Shown piece by piece: positions 48,287 to 58,428 of a DNA stretch of 64,000 bases. Positions within the stretch are counted from its first letter, which is position 1, and every line of letters begins with the position of its first letter. The notes beneath the pieces are model-generated. The model made no database searches. It had not been told where the DNA came from and saw only the letters and a program-made list of their open reading frames with translations. The stretch is taken from assembly GCA_937967795.1 (NCBI GenBank), contig CALBSK010000086.1, forward strand, positions 1,333 through 65,332, given 5' to 3'. Position numbers and translations under genes: made by a program. The stretch comes from an uncultured Alphaproteobacteria bacterium. Its GTDB lineage: Bacteria; Pseudomonadota; Alphaproteobacteria; UBA9655.

Positions 48287-50153
48287 GGATCTTTATCAGA
48301 ATTCTCTTGATGATCCTGAAGGATTTTGGCGTCAGGAAGGACAACGTCTTCAGTGGATTAAGCCTTATACTAAAATCCAAGAGTGGTGGTTTACGGCAAA
48401 TGTGCAAATCCAGTGGTATCGTGACGGCACATTAAATGCCTCTCAGAATTGCTTAGATAGGCATCTCCCAAAAAAGGCTGATAAGACAGCCCTTATTTGG
48501 GAAGGAGACGAGCCTCATGAGCATCGTTCTTACACTTATCAAGAGCTTTTTGAAGAAGTGTGCCGTTTTGCAAACGTCTTAAAAGACAAAGACGTTCAAA
48601 AGGGAGATCGCGTAACGATTTATATGCCACTTGTCCCAGAAGCTATTGTCGCTATGCTAGCGTGTGCACGAATTGGAGCGATCCATTCCGTTGTTTTTGG
48701 GGGGTTTTCAGCAAAATCCCTTGCTGATCGAATCCATGATTCTGCTTCAAAAGTCATTATTACAGTAGATGAGGGTATTCGGGGAGGGAAAAAAATTCCC
48801 TTAAAAAGAAATGTGGATGAAGCCCTTAAAGAGAGCCCATCAATTCAGACATGTATCGTGGTAAGTCGTACAGGAGAAGAAGTGAATTGGTCGGAAGGGC
48901 GTGATTTCTGGTATCATGAATTAATGAAAACCGCCCCTCTCCTCTCTCAACCTTTGGAGATGCAAGCCGAGGATCCTCTTTTTATTTTATATACGTCAGG
49001 ATCAACAGGGAAACCAAAAGGAGTTTTGCACACGACAGGTGGATATCTTGTCTATGCTTCTCTCACCCATGAGAAAGTCTTTGATCTTCACGAAAAGGAT
49101 GTCTATTGGTGCACGGCAGATATAGGATGGATTACAGGCCATAGTTATGTCGTTTATGGTCCCCTTGCCAATGGAGCAACAATACTTATTTATGAAGGTA
49201 TTCCTACGTATCCTACGCCAGCACGGCTATGGGAAATGGTAGATCGACATAATGTTTCTCTCTTTTATACGGCTCCTACAGCCATTCGTTCTCTCATGAA
49301 AGAAGGAGATCATTGGCCTCAAACGGCAAAACTCACGTCTCTCCGTCTTCTTGGAACAGTTGGCGAGCCCATCAATGTGGAAGCCTGGGAATGGTATAAT
49401 GATATTATTGGTCATCATTCTTGCCAAATATTAGATACGTGGTGGCAGACGGAAACAGGAGGGATTATGATTTCAGCCCTACCTCATCTTACGCCTTCAA
49501 AGCCTGGGTCAGCTTCTAAACCCTTTTTTGGAATTGAACCTGTCATCATGGGAGAGAACCATGCTCCTCTCGAAGGAAACAGTGAAGGCCCTCTTTGTGT
49601 GGCGAGGTCTTGGCCCGGTCAAGCCAGGAGCCTTTATGAAAATCATGAAGGGTTCATCTACACATACTTCAAAGCCTATCCTGGTTATTACTTTACAGGG
49701 GACGGCGCGCGGCGAGATGAGGAAGGGTTTTATTGGATCACGGGAAGAATAGATGATGTAATCAATGTCTCTGGCCATCGTTTGGGGACAGCTGAGATTG
49801 AAGATGCTATTAATAGCCATCCAGATATTATAGAATCTGCGGTTGTAGGGTATCCTCATGAAGTTAAAGGGCAAGGGATTTTTGCTTTTATTATTTTAAA
49901 AAATGGGGTTCAGATAAGCCCTCTCCTCAAACAAAAAATTATAATTCATGTCCGTCATATGATAGGTCCCCTTGCGACTCTTGATCATATTCTTTTCGTC
50001 TCTGGTCTCCCAAAGACCCGCTCAGGAAAAATTATGCGGCGCATTTTACGAAAGCTCGCTGCAGGGGAAAGTGCTTCTCTTGGAGATACTTCAACTTTAG
50101 CTGACCCTACGGTCGTAGAGGATTTAATTCAATTGAAGTCGCTTGCTGGTTAA
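48273..50153 (+). CDS. acs: Acetyl-CoA synthetase (AMP-forming)
   Basis: [26 protein letters not shown] and [12 protein letters not shown]. The ATG at 48273 is preceded by AAGGGAGG. The ORF-track start at 48231 lies inside the EVE gene. Confidence 0.93.
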   Translation: MKTYEDLYQNSLDDPEGFWRQEGQRLQWIKPYTKIQEWWFTANVQIQWYRDGTLNASQNCLDRHLPKKADKTALIWEGDEPHEHRSYTYQELFEEVCRFANVLKDKDVQKGDRVTIYMPLVPEAIVAMLACARIGAIHSVVFGGFSAKSLADRIHDSASKVIITVDEGIRGGKKIPLKRNVDEALKESPSIQTCIVVSRTGEEVNWSEGRDFWYHELMKTAPLLSQPLEMQAEDPLFILYTSGSTGKPKGVLHTTGGYLVYASLTHEKVFDLHEKDVYWCTADIGWITGHSYVVYGPLANGATILIYEGIPTYPTPARLWEMVDRHNVSLFYTAPTAIRSLMKEGDHWPQTAKLTSLRLLGTVGEPINVEAWEWYNDIIGHHSCQILDTWWQTETGGIMISALPHLTPSKPGSASKPFFGIEPVIMGENHAPLEGNSEGPLCVARSWPGQARSLYENHEGFIYTYFKAYPGYYFTGDGARRDEEGFYWITGRIDDVINVSGHRLGTAEIEDAINSHPDIIESAVVGYPHEVKGQGIFAFIILKNGVQISPLLKQKIIIHVRHMIGPLATLDHILFVSGLPKTRSGKIMRRILRKLAAGESASLGDTSTLADPTVVEDLIQLKSLAG

Positions 50154-50240
50154 TTATTCTTTTAAATCAGACTTATGAAGAAAAGGGGTTGCTTTTAAAG
50201 TTCTTTTTGAGTATTAAAGGGTCAATATTCAAAAGGATAA

Positions 50241-50801
50241 GTGGGACCATTGTTTATACAAACAGAAGAAACACCCAATCCGGCCACATTAAAATTTCTT
50301 CCTGGTCGTATCCTCATGTCAGAAGGAACGGCAGATTTTAGATCACGGGAAGAGTCCTCAAAATCTCCGCTTGCTCTTAAGCTTTTTGAGATAAAGGGAG
50401 TGAAAGGTGTTTTTTTTGGTGCGGATTTTATTACGGTTTCCAAGGAAGAGACCATTGAATGGGCCGTGCTTAAGCCTCTCATTTTAGGAGAAATTCTTGA
50501 GCATTTTATTACGTACCAACCCTTGTTTTATGGAGATGGAGTTCCTACCTTTTCAAAAGGGAGTACAGACCCTATAGTGGTCCAAATTCAAGAGATCTTG
50601 GACACGCGCATCCGTCCAGCCGTCGCTATGGATGGAGGAGATATCGTGTTTGATCGTTTTGAAGAAGGCATCGTTTATGTGCACCTTCAAGGGGCTTGTA
50701 AGGGATGCCCGAGCTCCTCGGCAACGTTAAAAGCAGGCATTGAAAATATGCTTCGTCATTACGTGCCAGAGGTTACTGAAGTCAGAGCAGTAGAGAGTTA
50801 G
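50241..50801 (+). CDS. NifU/Nfu-family Fe-S cluster protein (Nfu_N + NifU C-terminal domain)
   Basis: 186 aa with (M)FIQTEETPNPATLKFLPG at the N-terminus and a CKGCPSS cluster-binding motif. The start may be the TTG at 50250. Confidence 0.85.
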   Translation: MGPLFIQTEETPNPATLKFLPGRILMSEGTADFRSREESSKSPLALKLFEIKGVKGVFFGADFITVSKEETIEWAVLKPLILGEILEHFITYQPLFYGDGVPTFSKGSTDPIVVQIQEILDTRIRPAVAMDGGDIVFDRFEEGIVYVHLQGACKGCPSSSATLKAGIENMLRHYVPEVTEVRAVES

Positions 50802-50810
50802 GAGTAGATA

Positions 50811-51722
50811 ATGCTGAAACAATCGAAAACTCAGATTTCCCTAGTTGTTACTTTGGGATTGATGATAATAGGCCAAATGGGATTTTCTCTTTATAAGAGT
50901 TATTCCTCCCGCTCCTCTTTTCAGATAATGCCAAAAAAGAAAATCGCGCGTGCGGGATCGGCGAAATCTTTCGGTCTTACTCTTTCCGAGGACACGCACT
51001 TCTGTGTCTCTAGTGTGAGAGAACTCGATCAAGTTTTTGATAACTGTGATTATACTCTTACAAAGACAAAGACTAAGGGGGAAGTTCCGCGTCTTTATTT
51101 AGCCAAGCTCCCCAAGGATATGAAGAGAAAGAAGAAATCTTCAAATTTTACATTCATCCAAGTTCTTTTGCCCCATATTTTAAAAGTAAACGAGCAAATT
51201 CTCTCCGATAGAAACCGTCTTTTAGAAATGCAAAAACGTCAAAAGGGAGGGCACACGTTGCGACCTTCAGAAAAAATATGGATTATGAAGTTAGCTTCTG
51301 AATATCGTTGCAAGTCTACAAAAATCGAATCTTTACTTAAACACGTTGATATTATTCCTCCTTCTTTAGCGCTGGCGCAGGGTATATTGGAAACAGGAGG
51401 AGGAAGATCTCCTGCAGCGCTTACCAAGAATTCAACGTTTGGCCATATGGCGACTAAAACGAAAGTTGCGAAATTTGAAAGCCTTCATGCGAGTGTAAAA
51501 GCTTATGCTCTGAATCTTAATCGTCACTCTGCTTATGCCCATTTCCGAAAAACACGCGCCTCTTTAAGAACGCAAAATCAGAAATTGTGTGGAATCAAAT
51601 TAGCTTCTTGTCTCCTCAAATATTCAGAACGGGGAACAGCTTATACAAGAGATCTTCAAGATTTAATCCGCAAGCGTGGCTTAGGCGGATATGATGAGCA
51701 GCATGTGAGACTAAAGCCTTAA
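50811..51722 (+). CDS. Glucosaminidase-domain (Bax-like) membrane-anchored protein
   Basis: 303 aa. N-terminal TM helix and a C-terminal region (LALAQGILETGGGRS...FGH....F.S...SV.AY..NLN) typical of Bax/mannosyl-glycoprotein endo-beta-N-acetylglucosaminidase-like domains. Confidence 0.62.
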   Translation: MLKQSKTQISLVVTLGLMIIGQMGFSLYKSYSSRSSFQIMPKKKIARAGSAKSFGLTLSEDTHFCVSSVRELDQVFDNCDYTLTKTKTKGEVPRLYLAKLPKDMKRKKKSSNFTFIQVLLPHILKVNEQILSDRNRLLEMQKRQKGGHTLRPSEKIWIMKLASEYRCKSTKIESLLKHVDIIPPSLALAQGILETGGGRSPAALTKNSTFGHMATKTKVAKFESLHASVKAYALNLNRHSAYAHFRKTRASLRTQNQKLCGIKLASCLLKYSERGTAYTRDLQDLIRKRGLGGYDEQHVRLKP

Positions 51723-51810
51723 AAGCAAGAAGATGTCCCTATCTTTAAGAAGTTTTAACTTTCTCATCCTACACTAAATAAAAATTGAGATAAAATTTAG
51801 AGGGGGAGAA

Positions 51811-52401
51811 ATGGCAAAAATTGCTGAAGCTTGTCTTAAACAGCTTTTTCTTGACGCGCGGACCCATAATAAGTGGCAGGATAAACCTGTCACTGATGAG
51901 ATTTTAGAAGATGTCTACAATCTTATGCGGTTAGGTCCTACCAGTGCTAACTGTTCTCCTTTAAGAATTCTTTTTTTGAGATCGAAAGAGGCCAGGGAGC
52001 GTCTCAAACCCTATCTTAACCCAGGAAATGTCGAAAAAACAATGCTTTCTCCCGTTATCGCGTTGTTAGCTTATGATCTTCAATTTTATGAGAACTTACC
52101 TTACTTATTTCCTTTCGCAGAAGCTAAATCTTGGTTTGAAGGAAAGCCTTCTTTCATTGAAGAAACCGCTTTTCGCAATAGCACCCTTCAAGGAGGATAC
52201 TTTATTTTTGCCGCACGTGCTTGCGGTCTTGATTGCGGGCCTATGTCAGGTTTTTCCAATGAAGGCGTTGATAAGGAATTCTTTCCAGAGGGACGATTTA
52301 AATCTAATTTCCTCTGTAACTTAGCTTATGGAGACTCCGCGGGCCTTCCCGGACCTCGAGCTCCGCGTCTTTCTTTTGACGAAGTCTGTAAAATTCTTTA
52401 A
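51811..52401 (+). CDS. Nitroreductase-family protein, RutE/malonic semialdehyde reductase-like
   Basis: 196 aa. LFLDARTHNKWQDKPVTDE.L..VYNLMRLGPTSANCSPLRILFL matches the RutE-like subgroup. Confidence 0.8.
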   Translation: MAKIAEACLKQLFLDARTHNKWQDKPVTDEILEDVYNLMRLGPTSANCSPLRILFLRSKEARERLKPYLNPGNVEKTMLSPVIALLAYDLQFYENLPYLFPFAEAKSWFEGKPSFIEETAFRNSTLQGGYFIFAARACGLDCGPMSGFSNEGVDKEFFPEGRFKSNFLCNLAYGDSAGLPGPRAPRLSFDEVCKIL

Positions 52402-52426
52402 GTTAATATTTTTTATAGGTAGCGAG

Positions 52427-53116
52427 ATGTCAAATGAGATTGAAACCCTTATTGAGGGGTATCATAAATTTAGAAGACACTACTTTAGCGATTCGAATTC
52501 GATTTTCGAAACTCTTGTTCGTCAGGGCCAAAGGCCCAAAATTCTTATGATTGCTTGCTCTGACTCAAGAGTAGATCCCGCTCTTGTCATGAATTGCCAA
52601 CCGGGTGATTTGTTTGTCATTCGTAATGTGGCTAATCTTGTGCCGCCTTATGAAGAGGATCAATCCTACCATGGAACAAGCGCAGCTTTAGAATTTGGGG
52701 TATGTGATTTGAGCATACGCCATATTATCCTTTTTGGCCATACTCAATGTGGAGGGATTCAAGCTCTTTTAAAAAAAAGCTGTGAACGCAATCAACCTAA
52801 GAGCTTTATTTCAAAATGGATGGAACTTGCCAAACCCGCTCATGAAGCCGTTGTTAAATTCCATCAAGAAAAATCGTTTGAGGAAAAAGCAACTCTTTGT
52901 GGTCAATACTCCCTTATTAATTCATTGAAAAATTTAGAAACTTTCCCCTGTATTGCGGAGCGCGTAAATAAAGGGACTCTTTCCCTTCATGCCTGGAATT
53001 TTGATCTTTCACGGGGAATTCTGGAAAGCTTTGATAGGGAGGAAAATTGCTTTAGGGAAATAGTTGTCTCAACCCCCAACCATCGCCTTCCCAACAGATA
53101 CCAATCTTCATTATAA
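52427..53116 (+). CDS. Beta-class carbonic anhydrase
   Basis: Zinc ligand contexts CSDSRV and HTQCGG. The ATG at 52427 (MSNEIETLIEGYHKF) is preferred over the ORF-track start at 52328, which overlaps the preceding gene. Confidence 0.85.
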   Translation: MSNEIETLIEGYHKFRRHYFSDSNSIFETLVRQGQRPKILMIACSDSRVDPALVMNCQPGDLFVIRNVANLVPPYEEDQSYHGTSAALEFGVCDLSIRHIILFGHTQCGGIQALLKKSCERNQPKSFISKWMELAKPAHEAVVKFHQEKSFEEKATLCGQYSLINSLKNLETFPCIAERVNKGTLSLHAWNFDLSRGILESFDREENCFREIVVSTPNHRLPNRYQSSL

Positions 53117-53407
53117 AGCCATTGAGAAGTTAAGAGAGGTCGTGAAAGCGCAATTGATCTACGTCAACGCTATGAGGAAGCTCCCTCCCTTTTTTCAGCG
53201 TGGTCTTAAAAAATTAACCCATTCTTAATAAATTAAGAATTATAATAATTAACCTCGACCAAGGCGATCCAATACAAATTAAAATTTAGCTATAAATTTG
53301 AAGGAAATTTAGTGATATTTTAGAGAGTTAATATATAAAGGAATGTTAGGCTGGTTCTAAAATGAAATGCAGCCATCGTAGAGTCCTCAATTCTTAAAAA
53401 AGAAGAG

Positions 53408-54745
53408 CTACCTTTCTGTAAAAGATTCTTTAAGGCCCTTAATAAGGGGCTTAAGGAGATACTGAAGTACGGTTCTTTTTCCTGTTAAAATGTCAGCTTC
53501 AATAGCCATACCGGGAAGAAGTTCGAGCTTCTTCCCCTTGTGTTCAAGATAATTTTTATTCGAGATAAGAATCACACGATAGAAATTCTTTTTTTGTTCT
53601 GGATCATGTATCGTATCAGCACTAATGTTGAGCAGCTTCCCCTTGAGAGGCCCATAGATAGAATAATCATAAGCCGTGATCTTAATTATAGCTTCTTGCC
53701 CCGGATGAAGAAAGGCTATATCCGCTGGTAAAACATCAGTTTCAACAAGCAACGTATCTTCGTAGGGAACTATATTGATAACCTCTTGACCAGGTTGAAT
53801 AACTCCTTTCAAGGTCTTCATTTTTATTTCTTTCACCGCTCCTTTAATAGGCGACCTTAATTCGGTTCGTATCATGCGATCTTTAGACTCGAGCATGGCT
53901 GCTTTTGTTTCACTCAACTTAATAAGGATATCTCTCAATTGTTCCTGATTCTCATTTTGTGTGCGCAGCGGAATCTGTTCTAATTCATATTGGGCTTGTT
54001 TCAGTGTTGCTTGAGCTTTGAGAAGAGCTGCTTTTCCAATAGCTATTTCTCCCTTTAAATTAGCCGCGTCCCGTTTGAGTCTTAGAATTTCTCTCTTCGA
54101 GATAAGCTGTTCCTTAACCAAAGGAGCTACCATGGTGAGCTCTTGATTAGATAAACCCAATTGATCTTGAGCTTGAGCAATTTTAGCTTTGGCTTCTTCA
54201 ATCTCCTGTTCTTTTTGAATAACAATTTCGTGGGCGACCGCTTTCTTTGATTCAAAATGGTCTTTCCATTCTTGAAAAGATGCCATTTCTTCCATAGCAA
54301 TGTCCGGCGCTTGTATTTTTACGATTTCAGGAACCTCATAGTCTTCCTCATTTAATTGCGCTTGAAGGCGTTCTGCAGCTGCTAAATAGTGTAGATATTG
54401 TTGATGATGAGAGGTATACCGTGTTCCTGGAATGGTAGGATCAATCCTCATAAGTACTTGTCCTGCTTCGACGAGATCTCCTTCCTTAACAAGAACTTCA
54501 CTAATAATTCCTCCTTCAAGATGGGAAATAACTTGAGTTTTTTGAGAGGGAATAATGTGTCCTGTTGCTTTTGTAACAACATCGATTTCTGAAAAGCCGG
54601 CCCAGAGGAAAAATAAGACCACAAAGACACAAATTATCCCCAAAGTTATCAGAGAGAATGTCTTACTTTGGCGTCGAACGGCAGCCGTTTTGGGAGACAT
54701 ATAGTGAAGTTCTGTTTCAGAGAAAGATCGTGGAAATTTAATCAT
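53408..54745 (-). CDS. HlyD-family type I secretion membrane fusion protein (LssD-like)
   Basis: One N-terminal TM helix, a long coiled-coil, and barrel-sandwich/lipoyl segments. The ATG at 54745 overlaps the ABC gene stop by 8 nt. Confidence 0.85.
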   Translation of the reverse strand: MIKFPRSFSETELHYMSPKTAAVRRQSKTFSLITLGIICVFVVLFFLWAGFSEIDVVTKATGHIIPSQKTQVISHLEGGIISEVLVKEGDLVEAGQVLMRIDPTIPGTRYTSHHQQYLHYLAAAERLQAQLNEEDYEVPEIVKIQAPDIAMEEMASFQEWKDHFESKKAVAHEIVIQKEQEIEEAKAKIAQAQDQLGLSNQELTMVAPLVKEQLISKREILRLKRDAANLKGEIAIGKAALLKAQATLKQAQYELEQIPLRTQNENQEQLRDILIKLSETKAAMLESKDRMIRTELRSPIKGAVKEIKMKTLKGVIQPGQEVINIVPYEDTLLVETDVLPADIAFLHPGQEAIIKITAYDYSIYGPLKGKLLNISADTIHDPEQKKNFYRVILISNKNYLEHKGKKLELLPGMAIEADILTGKRTVLQYLLKPLIKGLKESFTER

Positions 54746-56903
54746 GGGAGGGGTCTGTTGTTTTTGTGGCAGCTGATGTAAGGGCTTCAATTATCTTATC
54801 TCGAGGACCATCGCCCACAATACGCCCCCCATCAACAATAATGATACGGTCGATGAGTTTTAGAAGAGAGAGTCGATGGGTCACAAGCAGAAGTGTCTTC
54901 TTTTCTTTTATCATTTCTTGAAGTCGGTAAATAAATTTCTGCTCTGAAACAGCATCCATCATCGCAGTGGGTTCATCGAAAAGAAGGATGGGGGGATTAC
55001 TCACAAGTGCCCGTGCTATTGCAATTGTTTGGCGTTGCCCTCCTGAAAGTTCAGATCCTCCTTCTCCAACCGAAAGATCGTATCCTAAAGGATGGCGAGA
55101 GAGAAAATCATGAAGACCCGCCAGAGTTGCAGCTTTCAGAATCGCTTGATCATCAGCCTCTTCTCCTCCTAAAGTAAGATTGTGATGAATTGTTCCTCCA
55201 AAAAGAAAGATATCTTGAGGGATATAGCCAATGTTAGCTCTTAAATTAGCAGGATCAATTTGGCGAATATCCGTTCCATCGATCAGGGTAGATCCAGATT
55301 GAGGCGTGTAAAATCCCATTATGAGTTTTTCAATTGTTGTCTTTCCAGATCCTATGGGGCCCACAAGAGCTACTTTTTCACCAGGGCTAATTTTAAAAGA
55401 CATGTTATGAAGAGTAAGCGTTTTTTGACCTGGATAGGTAAAATTTACATCTTTAAACTCGATTTCACCTTGAAATGAAGGGTGGTGAATAAAATGAGTG
55501 GTGGCTGGTCTTTCAATAGGAAGACGAACGAGTTGATTTAAGCGCTTCAAAGATTCGAGGGATTGATTAAGTCGCATTAAAAGAGATACCATTTGTGTAA
55601 GAGGGCCCATGGCTCTCCCAGATAAAATAGAACACGCAATAAGACCTCCCATGGTAAGATTTTTGTCCCCAATCTGATAAACCCCTACAGTAATAACCCC
55701 CACAATTGTAAGATTTTGTACAAACACCGAAAAATGAAGGGCGAACATAGAGAGAAAACGAGCAGAATTGGTAGAATCAGCTGACTGAGCCACTAAATCC
55801 TCCCAGATTTTCTGCATTTTCCCTTCTGCATTAAGTCCTTTAATTGTCTCAAGACCAAGAATTGATTGAACAAGAATCGACTGTTTTTGCCCCCCTTCTT
55901 GATAGGTTTTTTTGATAGAAGATCCAAGGGGACCTTGAAGGAGAAAACTGACAAGTAATACAATAGGCACCATGCCTAAGGGGACAAAGGCGACGGGACC
56001 TCCAATAAGCCAAATGATAAAAATAAAAAGAAAAATAAAGGGAAGATCCACAAGCCCAGCAAGAGTGGCAGAAGAAATAAATTCTCGGAGGGTCTCAAAT
56101 TCACGTAATTGATGTGCTAATGCCCCAGGAGATTTAGGTTGAGCTTCGAGTCGTATTCCTAAAATATGCTCATAAAGGCGACTTGCTAAAAGGACATCTG
56201 CATTTTTCCCTGCCGTATCCAGGAAATAGCTTCGCAAAAGCCTTAAAATAAAATCAAATATAAAAATAACAAGCACACCAATAACAAGGACCCAAAGAGT
56301 TGTCGTTGCGTTATTAGGGACAACACGATCATAAACGGTGAGGGCAAAGATACTACTAGCAAGCGTAAAAAAATTAATAAAAAGAGAAGCAAAAATCACC
56401 TGGGAATAAATGGGCCAGAATTGGAGCAAGGTTCCCCAAAACCAATTCTCAGATAAACTGGGGGTCACGTTATCTGAAGGTCCGAAATTTTCTGGACCGT
56501 AATGAGTCAAGAGAAGCGTCCCACTGTATCTCTTTTTTAGATCCTGCAGGGGAATCGTTCGGAATGAATCTCCACCTCCCGGGAAAAGTACGAAAGCTTC
56601 AGACTCTTTAAGCTTTTTCAAAACACACGCGTCTCCGTTTTTTAATAAAAGAACACAAGGTGTAATATCATTTGAAATTTCTTTAAATTCTTTAGGTACA
56701 GTTTCTGCGTTAATATTGACCCGCCGAGCGGCTCTTTTGAAAATTTCAAGGGTGAATCGGCCCTCTTGAAGAGGCATCCCCACTTTAAGAGAAGATGCTG
56801 AAGTAGGACAATCATAGAGCTTAGTGATAATAACAAGGCATTCTAAAAGAGGATCCAGATGTTTAACGAAAGCTCCTTTTGAATTCTTGATATCTTTAAG
56901 CAT
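54738..56903 (-). CDS. Type I secretion system permease/ATPase (LssB/HlyB-like, N-terminal C39-like domain)
   Basis: 721 aa. N-terminal DPLLECLVIITKLY..SASSLKVGMPL..GRFT pattern of the LssB-type C39-like domain, a 6-TM ABC exporter domain, and the NBD motifs GPIGSGKTT, LSGGQRQTIAIARAL and LLFDEPTAMMD. Confidence 0.88.
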   Translation of the reverse strand: MLKDIKNSKGAFVKHLDPLLECLVIITKLYDCPTSASSLKVGMPLQEGRFTLEIFKRAARRVNINAETVPKEFKEISNDITPCVLLLKNGDACVLKKLKESEAFVLFPGGGDSFRTIPLQDLKKRYSGTLLLTHYGPENFGPSDNVTPSLSENWFWGTLLQFWPIYSQVIFASLFINFFTLASSIFALTVYDRVVPNNATTTLWVLVIGVLVIFIFDFILRLLRSYFLDTAGKNADVLLASRLYEHILGIRLEAQPKSPGALAHQLREFETLREFISSATLAGLVDLPFIFLFIFIIWLIGGPVAFVPLGMVPIVLLVSFLLQGPLGSSIKKTYQEGGQKQSILVQSILGLETIKGLNAEGKMQKIWEDLVAQSADSTNSARFLSMFALHFSVFVQNLTIVGVITVGVYQIGDKNLTMGGLIACSILSGRAMGPLTQMVSLLMRLNQSLESLKRLNQLVRLPIERPATTHFIHHPSFQGEIEFKDVNFTYPGQKTLTLHNMSFKISPGEKVALVGPIGSGKTTIEKLIMGFYTPQSGSTLIDGTDIRQIDPANLRANIGYIPQDIFLFGGTIHHNLTLGGEEADDQAILKAATLAGLHDFLSRHPLGYDLSVGEGGSELSGGQRQTIAIARALVSNPPILLFDEPTAMMDAVSEQKFIYRLQEMIKEKKTLLLVTHRLSLLKLIDRIIIVDGGRIVGDGPRDKIIEALTSAATKTTDPSHD

Positions 56904-57056
56904 GAGGAGTACCTTTTTATTATTTTTCTCTTAAAGTGCGCCTTTTTATCTTTCCAGTCGGAAGGAAAACTTAAAATGAAACCAGAAAACCCATAGATAT
57001 CTTACGTTAAATGTATCATAATCCGAGAAAGTTAATAAAAATATAACCGAGTAAGG

Positions 57057-58391
57057 ATGGCTAAAAGACTTTTTTTTGTAATGATTTGTCTTTGTAGTGC
57101 CTTAGAGTCTAAGGCTCTTGCCACAAATGTGAAAGAAGCTGTGAAATCTGCTCTTTTAACAAACCCTACAATTAGCGCTGATGAAGCCGAAGTACGTGCA
57201 AGTCAGTGGGAGGTCGATTCAGCACGAGCAGGGTACTTTCCCTCAGTAGGTATTTCGGGAGGTGTGGGCGGCTATGAAAATATCCGATTTAGAGAAAAGA
57301 ATTCTTCTGTCTCTGGCCCCCTCTCAACAACCGTTACTCGTTTTGTTACTACTCCTTCAGTAACGGTAACTCAGACGATTTTTGATGGACTGGCAACTCC
57401 TTATGCTGTGGAATATGCCCATAAAGTTGTTCAAGGAGCTCAATCGGTCTTAGGGCAAACTTCTGAGCAAATTGCGCTTGATGCCATCACGGCTTATGCG
57501 AATTTACGTGCTCAAGAAAGGCTTCTTAATCTTGCTGATTATAACATTCAAAAGCACACAAACCTTCTTGAAAAAGTTAAAAAACGGGTTCAAGGAGGGA
57601 TTAGTACAATTGCCGATGTTTATCAAGTTGAATCCCGTCTTAAAGATGCTATTGTCATTAAAGATAGATTTGAAGGTCAACGAGAAGAAGCTCTTGCAAG
57701 TTTTATTGATGTTGTAGGATTTCGACCCGAAGCGCTTGAACACCCCCACATACCGGAGGATTTACTCTCAACCAATGTTGAGAAAATTCTTACGACTGTA
57801 TCTCAGGCCAATCCAGGCATTCTTCTTGCGAATGCCCGTCTTGAAATCCAAAAAGCAGCATTTGATCAAACCTTACCTCCTTTTCTTCCAACTCTACGTG
57901 TAGAAGCTGGTACTAACGGTCCTAACTTAAATCCTTTTGGAACACGAGGAAAGGTTACCACGCATAGAGCTCAACTTGTTCTTGATTATAATTTGTATAG
58001 CGGAGGTAAAAACACGGCTCAGCGTAATGCTGCTCGAGAACGCGTTGTTGAAGCTAAAAAAAGATTAGATGTAGCAAGGCGCAATGCGGCGAAACAAGCC
58101 CGCTCTGCCTGGGGGACATTTATAAGTGCACATAAACAGACAAAAGATGCAAAAAAGGCAGTTGAAGTCGATGAAAAACTAGAGCACGCTTACCTCCTTC
58201 AATTTGAGCTTGTAGCTCTTCCTCTTCTTAATCTTGTGGATGCTTATGTTTCTTATTTCCGGGCGAAAGCAGACCAAATTAATGCTGAAGCAGAAGAAGA
58301 TATTCGCCATGCCACCCTTCTCGCTCTCATGGGCATGCTTAAGTCAACTTTTCTCTCGGATAATGAATGTTGCGAAGATAAGATTGAGTGA
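57057..58391 (+). CDS. tolC: TolC-family outer membrane channel (type I secretion OMP)
   Basis: 444 aa with a signal peptide and two OEP repeats with long helical segments. Transcribed divergently from the ABC/MFP genes. Confidence 0.85.
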   Translation: MAKRLFFVMICLCSALESKALATNVKEAVKSALLTNPTISADEAEVRASQWEVDSARAGYFPSVGISGGVGGYENIRFREKNSSVSGPLSTTVTRFVTTPSVTVTQTIFDGLATPYAVEYAHKVVQGAQSVLGQTSEQIALDAITAYANLRAQERLLNLADYNIQKHTNLLEKVKKRVQGGISTIADVYQVESRLKDAIVIKDRFEGQREEALASFIDVVGFRPEALEHPHIPEDLLSTNVEKILTTVSQANPGILLANARLEIQKAAFDQTLPPFLPTLRVEAGTNGPNLNPFGTRGKVTTHRAQLVLDYNLYSGGKNTAQRNAARERVVEAKKRLDVARRNAAKQARSAWGTFISAHKQTKDAKKAVEVDEKLEHAYLLQFELVALPLLNLVDAYVSYFRAKADQINAEAEEDIRHATLLALMGMLKSTFLSDNECCEDKIE

Positions 58392-58428
58392 TGAAGACAG
58401 GTAAATCCTAGAATTTCCCAATTAATTT

